Positions 50,657-63,506 of a stretch of 64,000 bases of DNA are shown here, piece after piece (the first letter of the stretch is position 1; each line of letters starts with the position of its first letter). The notes beneath the pieces were generated by a model that was not told the origin of the DNA, ran no database searches, and saw only the letters and a list, made by a program, of their open reading frames with translations. The DNA lies in NCBI GenBank assembly GCA_050084985.1, contig JBITNC010000001.1, positions 202,678,001-202,742,000 of the forward strand. The letters run 5' to 3'. Source of the DNA: Nageia nagi. Its lineage: Eukaryota > Plantae > Pinophyta. A program made the position numbers and the translations under genes.

Positions 50657-51746
50657 TGAAATATCCCAAATACTTTTCCAACAAATTAGAGTATAAACTC
50701 ATATTTATACGCATAAACTCAGATCTGTAATTCTCCAATATTTTAGCTACAGATCCTAAGAATAACAGAGATCCCAGCCTTTAATACAAGTAACAGAATT
50801 CTGATTTAATAACAGAAGTGTAATGACAATCAAAACGCATCAACAAGGCAAGAGAATCATTCAATTAAGAGCTCATTACAAGAAAATCAAATATGTAACC
50901 AATATTCTCAAATATGCAAGATAATAAGACTGCAATTTCTGTAACACAATTGTAACTTTCTGTAACAAGTGCTAGGGCATCCAAAATATAAGACAAAAAC
51001 TCCAAAATATCTCACAATTCTTCAAGTGCAGACTTCTATGTTTGTTGGGCACGCACATCCCTAGGCCAAAGAAGGAAGAGAAAGGCACATCCCTAACTCA
51101 AATATGCAAAGAAGAATAATTGCTTGATTATGTTGAAAGTCGGAAGTCTCCAAGAAGCTCCAATGCAAACCCTAGGTTGATTTTCCCTCCAAGATGCTCC
51201 AATGCCACTCCTGAGGTTTTGGGCGCATCCCTAGACCTTAGAAGGTTGAGAAGAGCACAACCATAACTTAAAAGATCAAAGATCGAAGCTCTTCAAGCAT
51301 CTCCAGAAGTGGTGAGCTCATCCTGCCTTTATATGTGATCAAAAATCATAAAAATGCATAATTTCATGATATGGCCAACTTTTTCCTAGGAGAAAACATC
51401 ATCACCATGTTTGACCTGGTCCAGAGCTCAATTATGATACAAAGGGGGTCGTGTGACCACTCGTTTTGTATGTACTCGACAAGATATATCCAATCGTGAA
51501 GTTCTTACATCATTTAAAGATCGTGGGAGTAGAAATTACACATAATTACATCAAAGGGTGTGTGACAACACCAAAAATATATCAAAGGCATGTGGCAATG
51601 CCAAAAGTACCAAAATAACTCCTAAATACTCCTAAGTGCTAGAAAATTACAATGAAGAGAAACTAAGTGCTATAAAATCACAAAGAAAAGGATGTCCCAC
51701 TCCCAATGGCAAGAATTAGTGAGATGCCAAAATTGGGGACATTACA
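50657..51746. mobile_element. Solo LTR inserted in the LINE
   Basis: TGAAATATCCC...GGGGACATTACA termini and perfect TSD TAGAG (50652-50656 / 51747-51751). Its terminus is related to that of 3199-4255. Confidence 0.9.
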
Positions 51747-54681
51747 TAGAGGTGAGGAAAGAGGAAAGAACTGGAAAGGATGTGGTCGACACTAGAACAA
51801 CCTGAATGAAAGAAGCAAGGATGGCATCAAGATTGGGAAAACCAAGCAATACCACTCAAGATAAGAATGTCATGGGCCTCGTCGAGTTTAAGAAGAAATC
51901 TGCCAAAGCTTGAGGGGGGCATGGAGTCTATCGAATCTCTCTGAAATTGGAAGACTCAATCTAGTGCTTAGAGATAAAGAAGATCAATACTCTTGTCAAA
52001 GTATAGTGTTTGTAGATACCCTGCCTTGTCGTTGAAGTCACTCATAAGCATAATTTCACCCTATATAAAATATCTAGTAATCTTTCGAAAGAGGTTGAGG
52101 TATGGAGACTCTCCTGAACCATGAATGACATAACACAAAATTTTTGGTGGGAAGTAGCATCCAGCAACATAAACTCTCCCAAGAGGTGGGGCTCTCACAA
52201 GGGAGATCCAAATGTATCGTGCATGGGTATCAATACCCTCCACAAGAATCCTAGGGAGTAAATAATTGTTGACCAAGAAGGCCATTCCTAATCTACGACC
52301 ACTACTACCTGGTCAAGTTGGAGTCCTATAAGTAGAGATCCAAAGATAACATGTGAAAGAGGGGCGCCCCTTAACAAAGCTCTCATGCATCTTAGTGAAA
52401 AGTATCAAGTTTGTCTAGTGGATGATGTTGCAAACTAATCCTAGGGATGACCAAAGCATACCTTATACTTCCAAATTGAGATTAAGAGATTTGAAAGGGA
52501 ATCATACAAGCATCATTTGGTAGTTGATCAAAAGAATGTAGTGGGGCAAGGTCTAGAACACCCTACAGGAGGTGTCTCTTTGATCTAGACATGGTAATTC
52601 CAAATGATAGCATAGTTACCTAATCTCATCACCTCCTACACCTCTTTCCTAGCAGAAAAGAGCTCTTGGAATTGCATGCAAGTAAGATCCTAATCAACAA
52701 AGATGTAGTTTGAGAGGGAGGGAGGACCTTCTTGGCCCTAAGGATGGAGATCCTACGCTCTTGTGTGCAAGCGAACACTCAAAGACAAGTAATGGGCAAT
52801 CCATACTCTGTTGATAAGTGTCCCAAGTGAGTTCAAAGTATCATGGATGAAGTGGAGAACTTTCTCAATAGGATTGTTTCCAAGAGTCGAACCTCGAATG
52901 CACAGGTTGAGGGCCTTCAATTGTCAACATCGTTCCTCATTGAACTTCTCTTGACCACAGTTACAATAAGGGGTGTCAGTATGGCTCCAAACCACATTAT
53001 CCCATGAACCTTGTCCCTATATTTTCTCAACAAGCGATGTATGCAATTCCTTGTTAAAAAGGAGTTCCCCTAGAATAGAGGAAAGCTCCTAAAAAGTGTT
53101 AAGAGGGGTCTTGGAAGAGAGTTCTAGATAAAGAGTAAACAAATCAATAGTAAGAGAGGAAACAAAGGAGAAGTAGGTATCCATATTCCTGATATGTTCA
53201 TCTTGGGTTGTTAATTACAACTACATCTCACGCATAAAGACATACTGCTTAGAGGTGATAGAGATGAGGAAGGCAACCTATCCTAAAAGGCTTTGATTCA
53301 TTGTTTCCAATTGAATAATGCACCAGTTAAGTGTGTGTTATCGAAATTTAAGGATAGATGAATTTCTTGAAATTGTGGGACAGCACAAAGGTGATGTACC
53401 TAGGAAATGGGGGACAATCCCATTTTTAAGATGAAGTTCTTTGTTACCCTACGTGACTATTCTTTTGACTATTTTTTTGTGGAATTCTACATTGTTTTGA
53501 TCTTTAATTATCAACTGCCCCACATCATTTTGTCCTATGATTTTCATTTTTTCTATCTATACACGAACTATCATTGCTCTATCTTTGATTGTCTATCAAT
53601 GTTCTGTGCAAAGGCTTATGGGCTCCATGATCTATGAGTGGGGAACAAAGTGCAAAGGGTTCATTCCCAGGTTGTGTAATATCCCAAATAAATTCTAGCT
53701 TTATAAATATTACATTTTTTATATCTAGTATGTGTTGTGCCTTTAAGAAAGGGATGTCCACCCTTGAAAGGAATTTAATGCGTTTTTAGCAAGATTTGCT
53801 AAGTCTATATGTTCGTATAGCTTGGTATGGTTAGTTTGGTGTGTAGACATGTGTTATATGTTAAGTCTAAGTGTATTTAATTACCTCAACAAATGTAAAT
53901 CCAAAAATCACAGTTTCCAAGACTGTTTTGAGGATAAGATTTGAGTCATCATGATAAGATCTAATCTCCACCCTTCATTCTTTCAAGATCAAATCCAAGG
54001 GTTGGAATATGTATGTATGTTGAGATCACTTAAGGTTTGATGATATTTGACCTCCACCCTCCATGCTTGTGAAGATCAATGGCTAGGACTTATTCTCCCA
54101 TTGAGTTGTGTTATTAAAGAAGTTAGGGCTTCATTTTCAAATCAATTTTTGGAGATATTGGTAATTGGGAGAGCTTTGCTCTTTTGGGCTCTTGCATTAT
54201 GCTGCATGAGATTATTGGGGTTCCCTTTGGAGAGATCCATTGGAGGCCTGAGGGGCAAACCTAGAGCTATCTACCCATTGAAGAGGCAGATCCATCCAGG
54301 GTTTGCATGTGTGCATCCATTGTTGAGATAGGAGGTTCTGAAGACTATGTTGGCATCAAATTAGAGGGTTTGGAACCCTAGTTTGCAACATCAGCCAGTT
54401 GGAGATTTTAGAGAGGTTTTGTGCATGTTTCAGATTTGCTCTATCTCCAAGGAGGATAGCCAGCTTTTGGGTATTTTCACTTTCACAATCGAGGGTTGAT
54501 TTGGATATTTTGGGGACTGATTTATGTATTGCCACTTGCAGCAAAATTGAATAAAATATATGTGGCTAGGTCTAATAAATTGAAGCAGATCTGATTTCAA
54601 TTTGAATATAACAGAATTTTATTGAAGAGATTTATAATATTTTCAGTTAGGGTTTGCAGTTTTAATTTGGGAATCTTACAG

Positions 54682-54692
54682 TGGTATCAGAG
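54682..54692 (+). promoter_or_regulatory. Primer-binding site, tRNA-iMet
   Basis: TGGTATCAGAG, 1 nt after the LTR end. Confidence 0.9.
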
Positions 54693-55109
54693 ACTAGATC
54701 CTACCATCCTGTGGAGATCTAGTTGAGAAGAGTGTAGAGGTGTTTGAGAGATGGATTTTGAGAAGGAAATGGAAGCTATGATAAAAAGGATGGATAAGAT
54801 AATAAAGATGGATCCCATGTATGTTACCATGGAGGAAATGGATGCATGGTATCAAAATACATGGTGATGTTTGAAACATTTAGGAGGCATGTGACGTTTC
54901 AGCAATATTATAGGGGAAAGAAGGCGAATGGAGATTGGAGGCCACCTACAATAAGATCTAGACCTGAACCAACTAGATCTACACTTGGGACACCTAGATC
55001 TGTGCATGAAGAACCTACATCTACACTTGGGGAGCCTAGATCTGTACATAAAGCATTGGAGCAGAAGTAAGAGGACGAAAAGAATGAAGAAGCATACCAA
55101 AAAAGTGTC

Positions 55110-55976
55110 ATGGAAATGGTTGATCTGCATCTTGGAGACAAATCAAAAATTGTTGATGAAGGAAACCCCTTGCCACATGAAGTATGCATAGTAATGTCCC
55201 AAGATGTTCTTTATGAAGATAATAACACTATTAGCATGAATACACTTGACAAAATTGTAGATAAAGATGAGCATAACGAAGGTGTTAATGAAGATTCCAA
55301 GATCATTAGTCTCCTTGATGACATTAGTGGGGTTGATACAAATAATGACATATTGACTGCTGCACTTGGTAAGAATGAAGGGACTGTCAATGTCATGCAT
55401 TGGACTGCATTTCCTATATATTTTGGGAATACATTTGTGACAACTCTTGGAGGCAAAACGTTGGCAGATCTTGTGACAAAGAAAGGGACTGTTACTAGGC
55501 TATGTGAGACTTTCTTTGGATCACCAAGGGTTGTATTTGACAATATAATGCCTACTGCATTTTGCAAGAAAGAAGAGGCTGCTGTTGTCCAACTTAAGAC
55601 TGCAATTTCGATGATGTTTATGGGTGTTGATGAGGTTGGAACAATATTGACACAAGGGATGACTCTCGCCACAATTCTGAAGGCTGATTTAGGGGCTGTT
55701 GTTTACCTATCATTGGAGATTCCATGGACAGATTTTGAGATTGCATTTGTGCCAATTTTGGGGGACAATATGTTGACAGTTTTGGCATTGAATGGAAAGG
55801 CTGATGACATGATGTGCAAGACTATTTTTGGGATGTTGGAGGTTGCGATTTACATCAGACCTGAGTTTCACTTATTTGCTAAAACTCCAGTTTTTGCTGG
55901 TCTTGTGTTTGGGCTGAGTTTGCACATCACAGGAGGATTCAGGAGTCATTTTCCATGGTGTTTGGGACTCTTTTGA
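55110..55976 (+). other. 288-codon ORF of unknown nature in the internal region
   Basis: Open frame, acidic then hydrophobic and low-complexity, with no recognisable domain. Confidence 0.3.
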
Positions 55977-56547
55977 AGTCATTAGGGGCTGCATTTGATG
56001 ACAGGACTGCATTCTCAATCAAAATTGATGCTGCCATTTTGGCCATACTTGAGGCAACCTTCCTGATAGAAATTGAGGCTGCAATACTGATGATATTGGC
56101 TGCATTACTACTGATGAGGACTTCAATTTTGGCCACATTCGAGAAAGATTTTCTAATAAAGTTTGAAGTCACAATATGGTGTTTTGGACTGTTACCTTGC
56201 TGATTTTGAGGACTGTTATTTTGACTGTATTTTGGACAATAGATGTATTGAGAACAACAGTATATTCCATGATATTTAGGGTTGCATTCTTGGCAACATT
56301 TGGGGTTATGATTGTGAAGATAGTCAGGGCTGCAATGAGGACTTTGTGGGCTGCACCGCCGTCACCTTGGATGGCGATCTTAATGATGTTTCCTGTTGAT
56401 CTTCTGAACACAGCAGAAAATTTTAATGCTCATATTCAGCCTATTGTTGAAACCGGAGAGAAGCAGTTGGTAAGCAAGACTATTTCTAAATGCTCAGTGG
56501 AAGAGATTACTAGATGCAGTATAAATTGCTTGAGGACAAGCAATTTT

Positions 56548-56560
56548 GGGAGGGGTGGTA
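56548..56560 (+). promoter_or_regulatory. Polypurine tract
   Basis: GGGAGGGGTGGTA immediately before the 3' LTR TG at 56562. Confidence 0.8.
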
Positions 56561-57120
56561 TTGTAATGTCCCAAATAAATTCTAGCTTTATAAATATTAC
56601 ATTTTTATATATAGTATGTGTTGTGAGCCTATAGGAGAGGGGTATCCACCCTTGAAAGGAGTTTAGTGTGTTTTTAGCAAGATTTGCTAAGTCTATACGT
56701 TAGTATGGCTTGGTATGGTTAGTTTTGTGCGTAGGTATGTGTTAAATGTTAAATCTAGGTGTATTTAATTACCTCAACAAATGTAAATCCGAAAATCACA
56801 GTTTCCAAGACTGTTTTGAGGATAAGATTTGAGTCATCATGATAAGATCTAATCTCCACCCTTCATTCTTTCAAGATCAAATCCAAGGGTTGGAATATGT
56901 ATGTACGTTGAGATCACTTAAGGTTTGATGATATTTGATCTCCACCCTCCATGCTTGTGAAGATCAATGGCTAGGACTTATTCTCTCATTGAGTTATGTT
57001 ACTAAAGAAGTTAGGCCTTCATTTACAAGGGATCTTTTTGGAGAATTTGGAAATTGGGAGAGTTTTGCTCTTTTGGGCTCTTGCATTCTACTATAGGAGA
57101 TTATTGGGGTTCCCTTTGGA

Positions 57121-59433
57121 CCCTTGAGGAAAGCTGCAGTTATACCATCTGTTTCTCTTCTTGGTCCCAGCTTGAAGCTTTTAAAAGAGCAGGAAAAAAG
57201 AAAAAGAAAATTCAAAATACCACAATGAAGAAGAATAAGAAAAACAACTCAAGTCGTTGATGAAAAAACAAATGGTCACTAGCATAGGGAAGATAAAATG
57301 ATCAAACGGCCCTCCTTCTAGCGCCAATATATGTTGGGAAGGAAACCTTTCCTCTTACTCGACGATCGCCCATACGATCAAGACAGGAAAGCAAACCAAC
57401 ATGTAGCTATTTGAGTAAAATGAAGGGTTTAACGCATGTCCTCAATGTAGCTTCTCTCCTGAGGAAAGCTACAATTATACCATCAAGTGCGTTGAGGTAC
57501 ATTTTTAGTACACCATTTGCATCAACTTTATAAGGATCCATGAGCTTAGAGTATGCTCTCTAAAATCTATAATTAAACATGCGAAGCGGCTCATGGGGTT
57601 GTTGTTTGGTTGTGGCAAGTTGATTGTACAAAGTACTTGGGTCGATGGGCACATTGAATTGATTCAAAAATGATTCTTCAAGTTTTCTCCATGAAGTGGT
57701 TGACCCTTCTGGTAAACTAGCATACCACATAGTAGCTATGTTGTCTAGAGTATTTGGGAACATACAGCAAACCACATCTAGCCTTCCTATGCCATCTTTA
57801 TACATGTGAATATGCTCTTCTGCCGTTACTCGTCCATCATGTATGAATTTAGGCAGGTATCTATCCAGATACTTAGGGCATTGATGTGCCTGTCTTGCAA
57901 TATTGATTGGTCTTCCCACTAACCATGTTGAAGTTGCTGCCATTGGGATATTCTGATTCTGATTTGCAAATTGAACAACTGGTGGCACAACCGATTGGGC
58001 TATTGATTGCACAACTGATTGAATGATACTCGAGGTAATAATCAATGGTTTAACAATTGCTCTTAGGGAAGTACGCTGCATTGGTGGAGTATTGGACCCT
58101 TCTAAGTTGAATTCGGATACTGAGCTTCTTGGAGTTTGATCCATCTCTCTATTCAACTCCCTTTTAATCGCCTCTGCTGCAAATGGTGTACTAAAAATGT
58201 ACCTCAACGCACTTGATGGTATAACTGCAGCTTTCCTCAGGAGAGAAGCTACAGTAACTACTTTGCCACTTGCTTATTTAGAGGTGTTGAAGATTGAACG
58301 AGAGCTCAATCAACAAAGAGTCAATGAAATGAATGCAAACACCATGCCATCCATTCATCCATTTAACACCTATACTCAAAACTCAAGCTTTCAATCTGTC
58401 CACATTTCCACTCAACCCACAAGCATTAGCAATTGATCCTAGTACTGCTATTGGTCCTATCGCACCACAAACTAGCTCTTTCTTGAATAACCCATTCATG
58501 AACCCCAATCTGACGTTGACAAATCCACAAACCAACGATGCTTCTTTCATACCATCATTCTTAAATCCAATCCCTCAAGTTGCGAATACCAATGCCAATA
58601 TCGCAAGTTCTGCAGGAACACCTAATGGATTCATGGAGATTCAGAAATTTGAAGAACTCCAAAGAATGATGCAAAAGATGAGCAATGATATGACACAGTT
58701 GAAGTTAAATCAAGGTGAGCAATACCGTCAGCATGACCAAGGCCAGAATTATCAAATCAATCGAGGCCAAGGTTATCAAAATGATAGAGATCAAAATTAT
58801 CAGAATGAAAGACCAAGGAACAACAACCTCCCAAGGCCAAACAGAAATAGGAATATAGGCCCAAACAATGGTGGTATGCCCAATCTAGTGGTCAACAATA
58901 ATAACAATCAAGTGACCAACATTGATTTGTCAGGAATAGGATTATCCAATTGGTGTAGAGTGCACTCTACAAACTCACATGGAGAAACCGAATGTCCTGA
59001 ATTCAAAGCAACAATGAACGTTTTTCAACTTGAAATCCAAAGTATGGACATGACACCAAACAATGAACCAAGCATACCTCAAGGTGATTCCAATCCAGTT
59101 TTGATAGCTGAAATGTTCGATGAAAGAGATGATCAGGAAGATAATCAAATAGCAAACGATGAGGTCATGCTTCAAGACCACTCTTTGATGAAGAAGTTCA
59201 GGCAATTCAACAAGTAACTCAAGGCCAACGTACCTATAATTTTCGGCCAAGTGTGAACAAAGAACCTGTAACTTCATCACATCCTCCGAACAGTACTCAA
59301 ATTCCACCTAATACAACTTCACCAGTCAATCCTCCTCCGCCATCACATGTGCAACAACCTTTGTTGAAACTCGTGCAAAACGTACAACCACCTGTACTAA
59401 TACCCCATCAAGCACAATTTCAAAAAGGAGAGG
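57121..59433. mobile_element. Rearranged fragments of a second Tat-family element: LTR end + PBS (-), gag N-half (-, ~57446-58177), gag C-half (+, 58178-59433)
   Basis: The gag peptides are homologous to 21400-24394 (MFPNTLDNIATMWYASLPEGSTTSW; MQKMSNDMTQLKL; WCRVHSTNSHGETEC). The LTR terminus matches 7260. Confidence 0.88.
57310..57326 (-). promoter_or_regulatory. Primer-binding site complementary to tRNA-Asn(GUU)
   Basis: TGGCGCTAGAAGGAGGG, 5 nt after the LTR end ...CCCAACA (57332). Confidence 0.8.
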
Positions 59434-61111
59434 TGATGAGCAGTTTATTGCATCCCAAATTCCACTAGGGCTGTCACTACCCTCCCTCTAGTGATCCTTT
59501 CACCTGTTATTGTGAAGGGACCAGTTAACTCATGGAGCTGGTACACTCAACACTCAGGATAATTTTAGTTTCCTCTCACTAGTCTTTGGAAGACAACATC
59601 TCACTCCTTCATTTATGTTATCAATCCGGGCGGTGTACAAGGCTATATGCGATTGAACCCTACTCTTTAGGTTGTATCTATCTCAAACAGAATTGCAGAA
59701 AGCAAATATGCAGAATTGAACGTTGCAGAGTGGAAATTACGGAAATCTTAAATACTGGAAGAGAGAGAGAAACTGGAAAATACTGAACTTAAAGCAAATT
59801 CACACTTTACACTACAAAATACAGAGAGATAAAAGAGTCTTCTACCATTTGGAGTGGGCCCTTGCTCCTCTTGGTGGAAGACTTAAAGAAACTCAGAACT
59901 GAAAACTCCTTAACAGATCACTTTATTGCTGCATGCAGTTCATCTTACACAGAATGTGCTTCACAAATCCAGAGCTTCAACACAACAATCTATTCACACA
60001 ATACTCTCTCTTAATTTTCTAACCCCCCCTACTGTCAACAACTGAGGTATTTAACATCCTCCATTGTTTAACAATAGGCTTGGTCAAAAATAACAATAAT
60101 CTGAACAATATTCAGAATCCCTTATTCCTAGGATCAAAACTAACTTAGTGCTAAAATCATCATACTAATAAATGTATGCTCTTATTTAAGGAGAGCTACA
60201 ATCCCTTGAGAAAAGGACAGCTCATCCAAATGAGATGGCACTATCCTAGCTAGACATAAATAGCCTGACACATATTTTCTGGAGTCAAACATACTCCACA
60301 AAACAAGAATTGACTCTGAGAATATTAGTGTGTTTGAAATCATGCTTCAGGCTAAATCTGGAGCAGTTCGATTTGCACAAATGTAGGAATTCTGCCAAGT
60401 GGACGTAGAGCTGCTGATAAGGTCAACTGAAATAGTCAACCTTCCGAACTTCAAGTCTGGAATGGGTGCTTCAGATGAGTCTGGAGCGGCAGCTCCAGAC
60501 ATGTCTAGAACAGATACCTCAAATTTGTCTGAATATGAGCCTTAGCCATGTAAAATGAACTTTGAATGTGTCTGGAGCGAAACTCCAGACAAGGCCAAGA
60601 ACAAGGTTTGGAGCTTCAAACAAGTCTGGAACAAAGGCGCCAGACAGGTCTAACCCCACATTGCCAAGTATAATACCAGATGTGTCTGGAGCGAAGCTCC
60701 AGACAACTCAGAAGTCATTTGGAAGCCTTCCTGACAATGCTAGCCATGTACAAGTCTGGAACAACAGCGCCAGACAAGTCTATCTCCTTATTGCCAAGTA
60801 TGATACCAAATGTGTCTGGAGCGAAGCTCCAGACAACTCAAAAGTCATTTGAAAGCCTTCCTGACAATGCTTGTGAACCAGCCATGTTACCACTCAGCAC
60901 TCCAACAAGTAGAATGAAGCATTTTGACTTAAAATAGACACACAAATATCATCAGTACACACAAAATATCAACAAAAGGAAAGTATGCATTTCATCATAA
61001 ATTAAGCAAATAAGTAGTTTAGCAGTTAGAATTCATCAGTTGTATAGTGTCCAAATATACAGAATAGATCATAAAACCAGGTCAAAAGCAGGTGGTTTTT
61101 GAGACTCATCA
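59434..61111 (-). mobile_element. 3' LTR (1678 bp) of a young LTR retrotransposon that extends beyond the window end
   Basis: Terminal inverted repeat TGATGAG...CTCATCA, with the PPT GGGGGGAG directly upstream (61112-61119). It interrupts the Tat gag fragment. Confidence 0.85.
60478..60872. repeat. Palindromic repeats GTCTGGAGC-n-GCTCCAGAC (4 copies) and a 130-bp tandem duplication in U3
   Basis: Copies at ~60479, 60568, 60681 and 60811. About 60620-60742 is duplicated at 60750-60872. Confidence 0.9.
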
Positions 61112-61164
61112 CTCCCCCCAGCTTAAGATATTGCTACTCCTGGAGCAAGAAAGATAGAAAAGTT

Positions 61165-63506
61165 TTAATCAGAGTCACTAGAACTATCTGAAACAGTAAC
61201 AACTGTAGGGGTATGAGCTAAGATAGCTAGATCGTAAAGACAATCAGCTAACTGGAGTCTCTGGCGGGTCCTGATATTCACTGTGCCTTGTTGAACTTGT
61301 GGAACATATGCTCCGCCACCACGCTGTCTGATAAGTCTAGTTTGCCATGCTGAAAAGACTGCATCTGATTGACGGGCTTGTTCATCGAGTCTAGGTACTG
61401 GAAATAAAATGAGAGGACGGAATTGACTCCCCAGCCAACTTGTAGGATCTTCTTCCAGTACTGAAATAACAGAAAGTGCTCGACGTCGACTCCAATACAT
61501 GTTGGTAGGTGTGAAAATCTCCCTGAGGCGGAGTTCATCAGATAAATCCATCCAGCGTGTGTTACAATACACTACTGCTTCATCAAACGTATTCTGAAGG
61601 ACTGCCTGACAGTCAGTCACACAGTGAGCAATTGCTGTCTGATATTGGGTCTTAACAGGTCCTTGTAACAAGAGAGCTCGCAACATTGCCTGAAATCGCT
61701 GCGGATAATAAGCCTCTATCCTCATGGGAAAAGGGTGCTGGTTTGACATTGATGAAATTGGGCCAACTCTTTTCTCCATTGAATTTGATTAAGCAGGGCA
61801 GACACAAATGCCCTCAATTGTACCTCCCCCACATATAAATTGACAAAGAACCCGCGTTCATGAGGAACACAGAAACCATGAATGAAGAACTCACACAAGA
61901 GGTAGCGAGTTTCGCATTGGGCGACTGAGTATTCCTGCAAAAACTGCTGAGGTGTCACTAAACAGTAAGGGCGTCCAACCTTAATCTGCTGCAATTGCCA
62001 GCGAAGATAGAGCTCCTTCAGGTACACTGCGTAAACGGAAGAGGGTGGACGTCCGTGAAGAATTTCTTCAAAAATGGAAGAAATATCCTGAATGAGTTGT
62101 TGTGGGATGGCTGGTATCTGAGGACGAGACTGAAGCTCTGCAATTTTGTCATGTGCTTCATCATGGCGAGTCTTCAAATTCTGGAATTCATGGACCAATA
62201 TCCCGTGGGTTGCTTGCAAATCTGAGTAGGCCTGTTGTTCCTGTGCCAACTGATGCTGCAGACTTATAACATCCGCTTCAAGCTGGCTAGAGCGGGAATT
62301 CGCTGCTTGTACTGCAGCCAGTAAATCATTGTTGGCATACACCCGTTCTTTGAGAGCCAGGTGTTCGGAGGAAATGTGCCTGATCATGCTATGAAGACTC
62401 TGGATAGACAAGTGGGTGTTCTTCAGTTTTGCATTTTCTGCTATCAATTCACGGCACATAAGCACCATGTCATCCTTCTGCATCCGGAGTTGAGTCTTGT
62501 CCTGCTCCAGTCGGGAAGTGGTATCTTCAAGCTCCTGTATACGAGCTAATAAAATAGCAGGGGATTCATTTGGCGCGCTGGATGTGCTGGGTAAATTAAA
62601 AGAGGAACCGCCGCATTCTGGCAGTTCAAACGCAACATCTTCAGTAAAGTCTAGGCGCTGAGCAGACTGCAGACGGGCGGGTGATGAGATGGCAGCCGAT
62701 GGAGCAACTCGCGGATGTTTGGTAGGTGATTCCGCCGGCAGTTCCGCATGGGATTCAGCAAGGGAGTGGCCTGGCGCATTAACCGCAGCGGATGAAGCAC
62801 CTCCTAACTGATACAAGCTACTTTGAGGTAAACCGATAAAGTCTGGTCCTAGAAATGTTCTCCATGCCGCTTCTCCTCCATGTCTATAAAAATGCTCTCT
62901 GCAGAGCAAAGTAATCAGGCCATGATGCTTTAATGGAGCAGTCTGCCCCGTTTCCCGCCACTTGGTGGCCATAGATAAAAGGCTATCATACAGGAATTGA
63001 GGAATATTATAAGTATAATCTCCCGGATGGCGAAGCTGGACCAAGAGCCGCAATTGATGACCCTGTAGTTGTGCATACTGTCCTTCGCAGAAGAAGTATT
63101 TAAGCACCCAAATAGCAACTTCATTCCATGGTGAAGGTAAGGTGACTCGATAAATACCTCTGTCTCGACCTTTGCTGCGTATTTTTGTGGCTCGAGGTTC
63201 AGCTAGAACATGGAAAGCATCCAGGACATCGTCAGGAGATTCCTTTCCTGCGACCAACACTTCCCCTTCCGCTGGAATTCCTGATATCGTGCTTATTACC
63301 ATGGGCGAGATAGGAATTGTATGGCCACGAATGGTGACTGAATCGCTAGCAAACTGTGTAGCGAATTCCTTAACCAACCAAGGCTCGTGGCCTTGAAACA
63401 AACGGAAAAACTGCAACCATCGTGCATTCTGAAATATGTCCGTTACTGCTTGATTTTGCACTAGTTCTGCAATGGAACTGGGTTCTTCCCGCCGCTTCGG
63501 ACCCAT
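61165..63506 (-). CDS. Env-position extra ORF of the LTR element (plant-transposon-protein-like N-domain, linker, coiled coil), ~780 aa, split by a -1 frameshift at ~61725-61780
   Basis: Long open frames 61722-63794 and 61165-61779 overlap. The likely start is MGPKRREEP (ATG 63506). The ORF ends ~45 nt before the PPT, and CpGs are retained. Confidence 0.75.

Larger units (their letters stand above)
47600..53200 (-). mobile_element. Decayed LINE (ORF1 remnant, APE endonuclease, RT), RTE/RTEX/CR1-like rather than L1
   Basis: RT motifs PIFKSRDPDEPSNYHTIMIG..LSKLYATIL, FMEFKKAFDTIPR, FGFYIDELE, ILLFVDDIVL, NLSKTKV and YIYLGV. Endonuclease motifs VAGCYFPP and MSDFN. Boundaries are approximate. 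Confidence 0.85.
53675..57120 (+). mobile_element. Non-autonomous LTR retrotransposon: 5' LTR 53675-54680, PBS, 1.9-kb internal region, PPT, 3' LTR 56562-57120 (interrupted)
   Basis: LTR TGTAAT...CTTACA. The two LTR copies align closely over ~560 bp. No RT or IN motifs are present internally. Confidence 0.9.

Noticed and set aside
57310-57326. tRNA-Asn gene
   Set aside because: Only the 3'-terminal 17 nt including CCA are present, adjacent to an LTR end, so this is a PBS.
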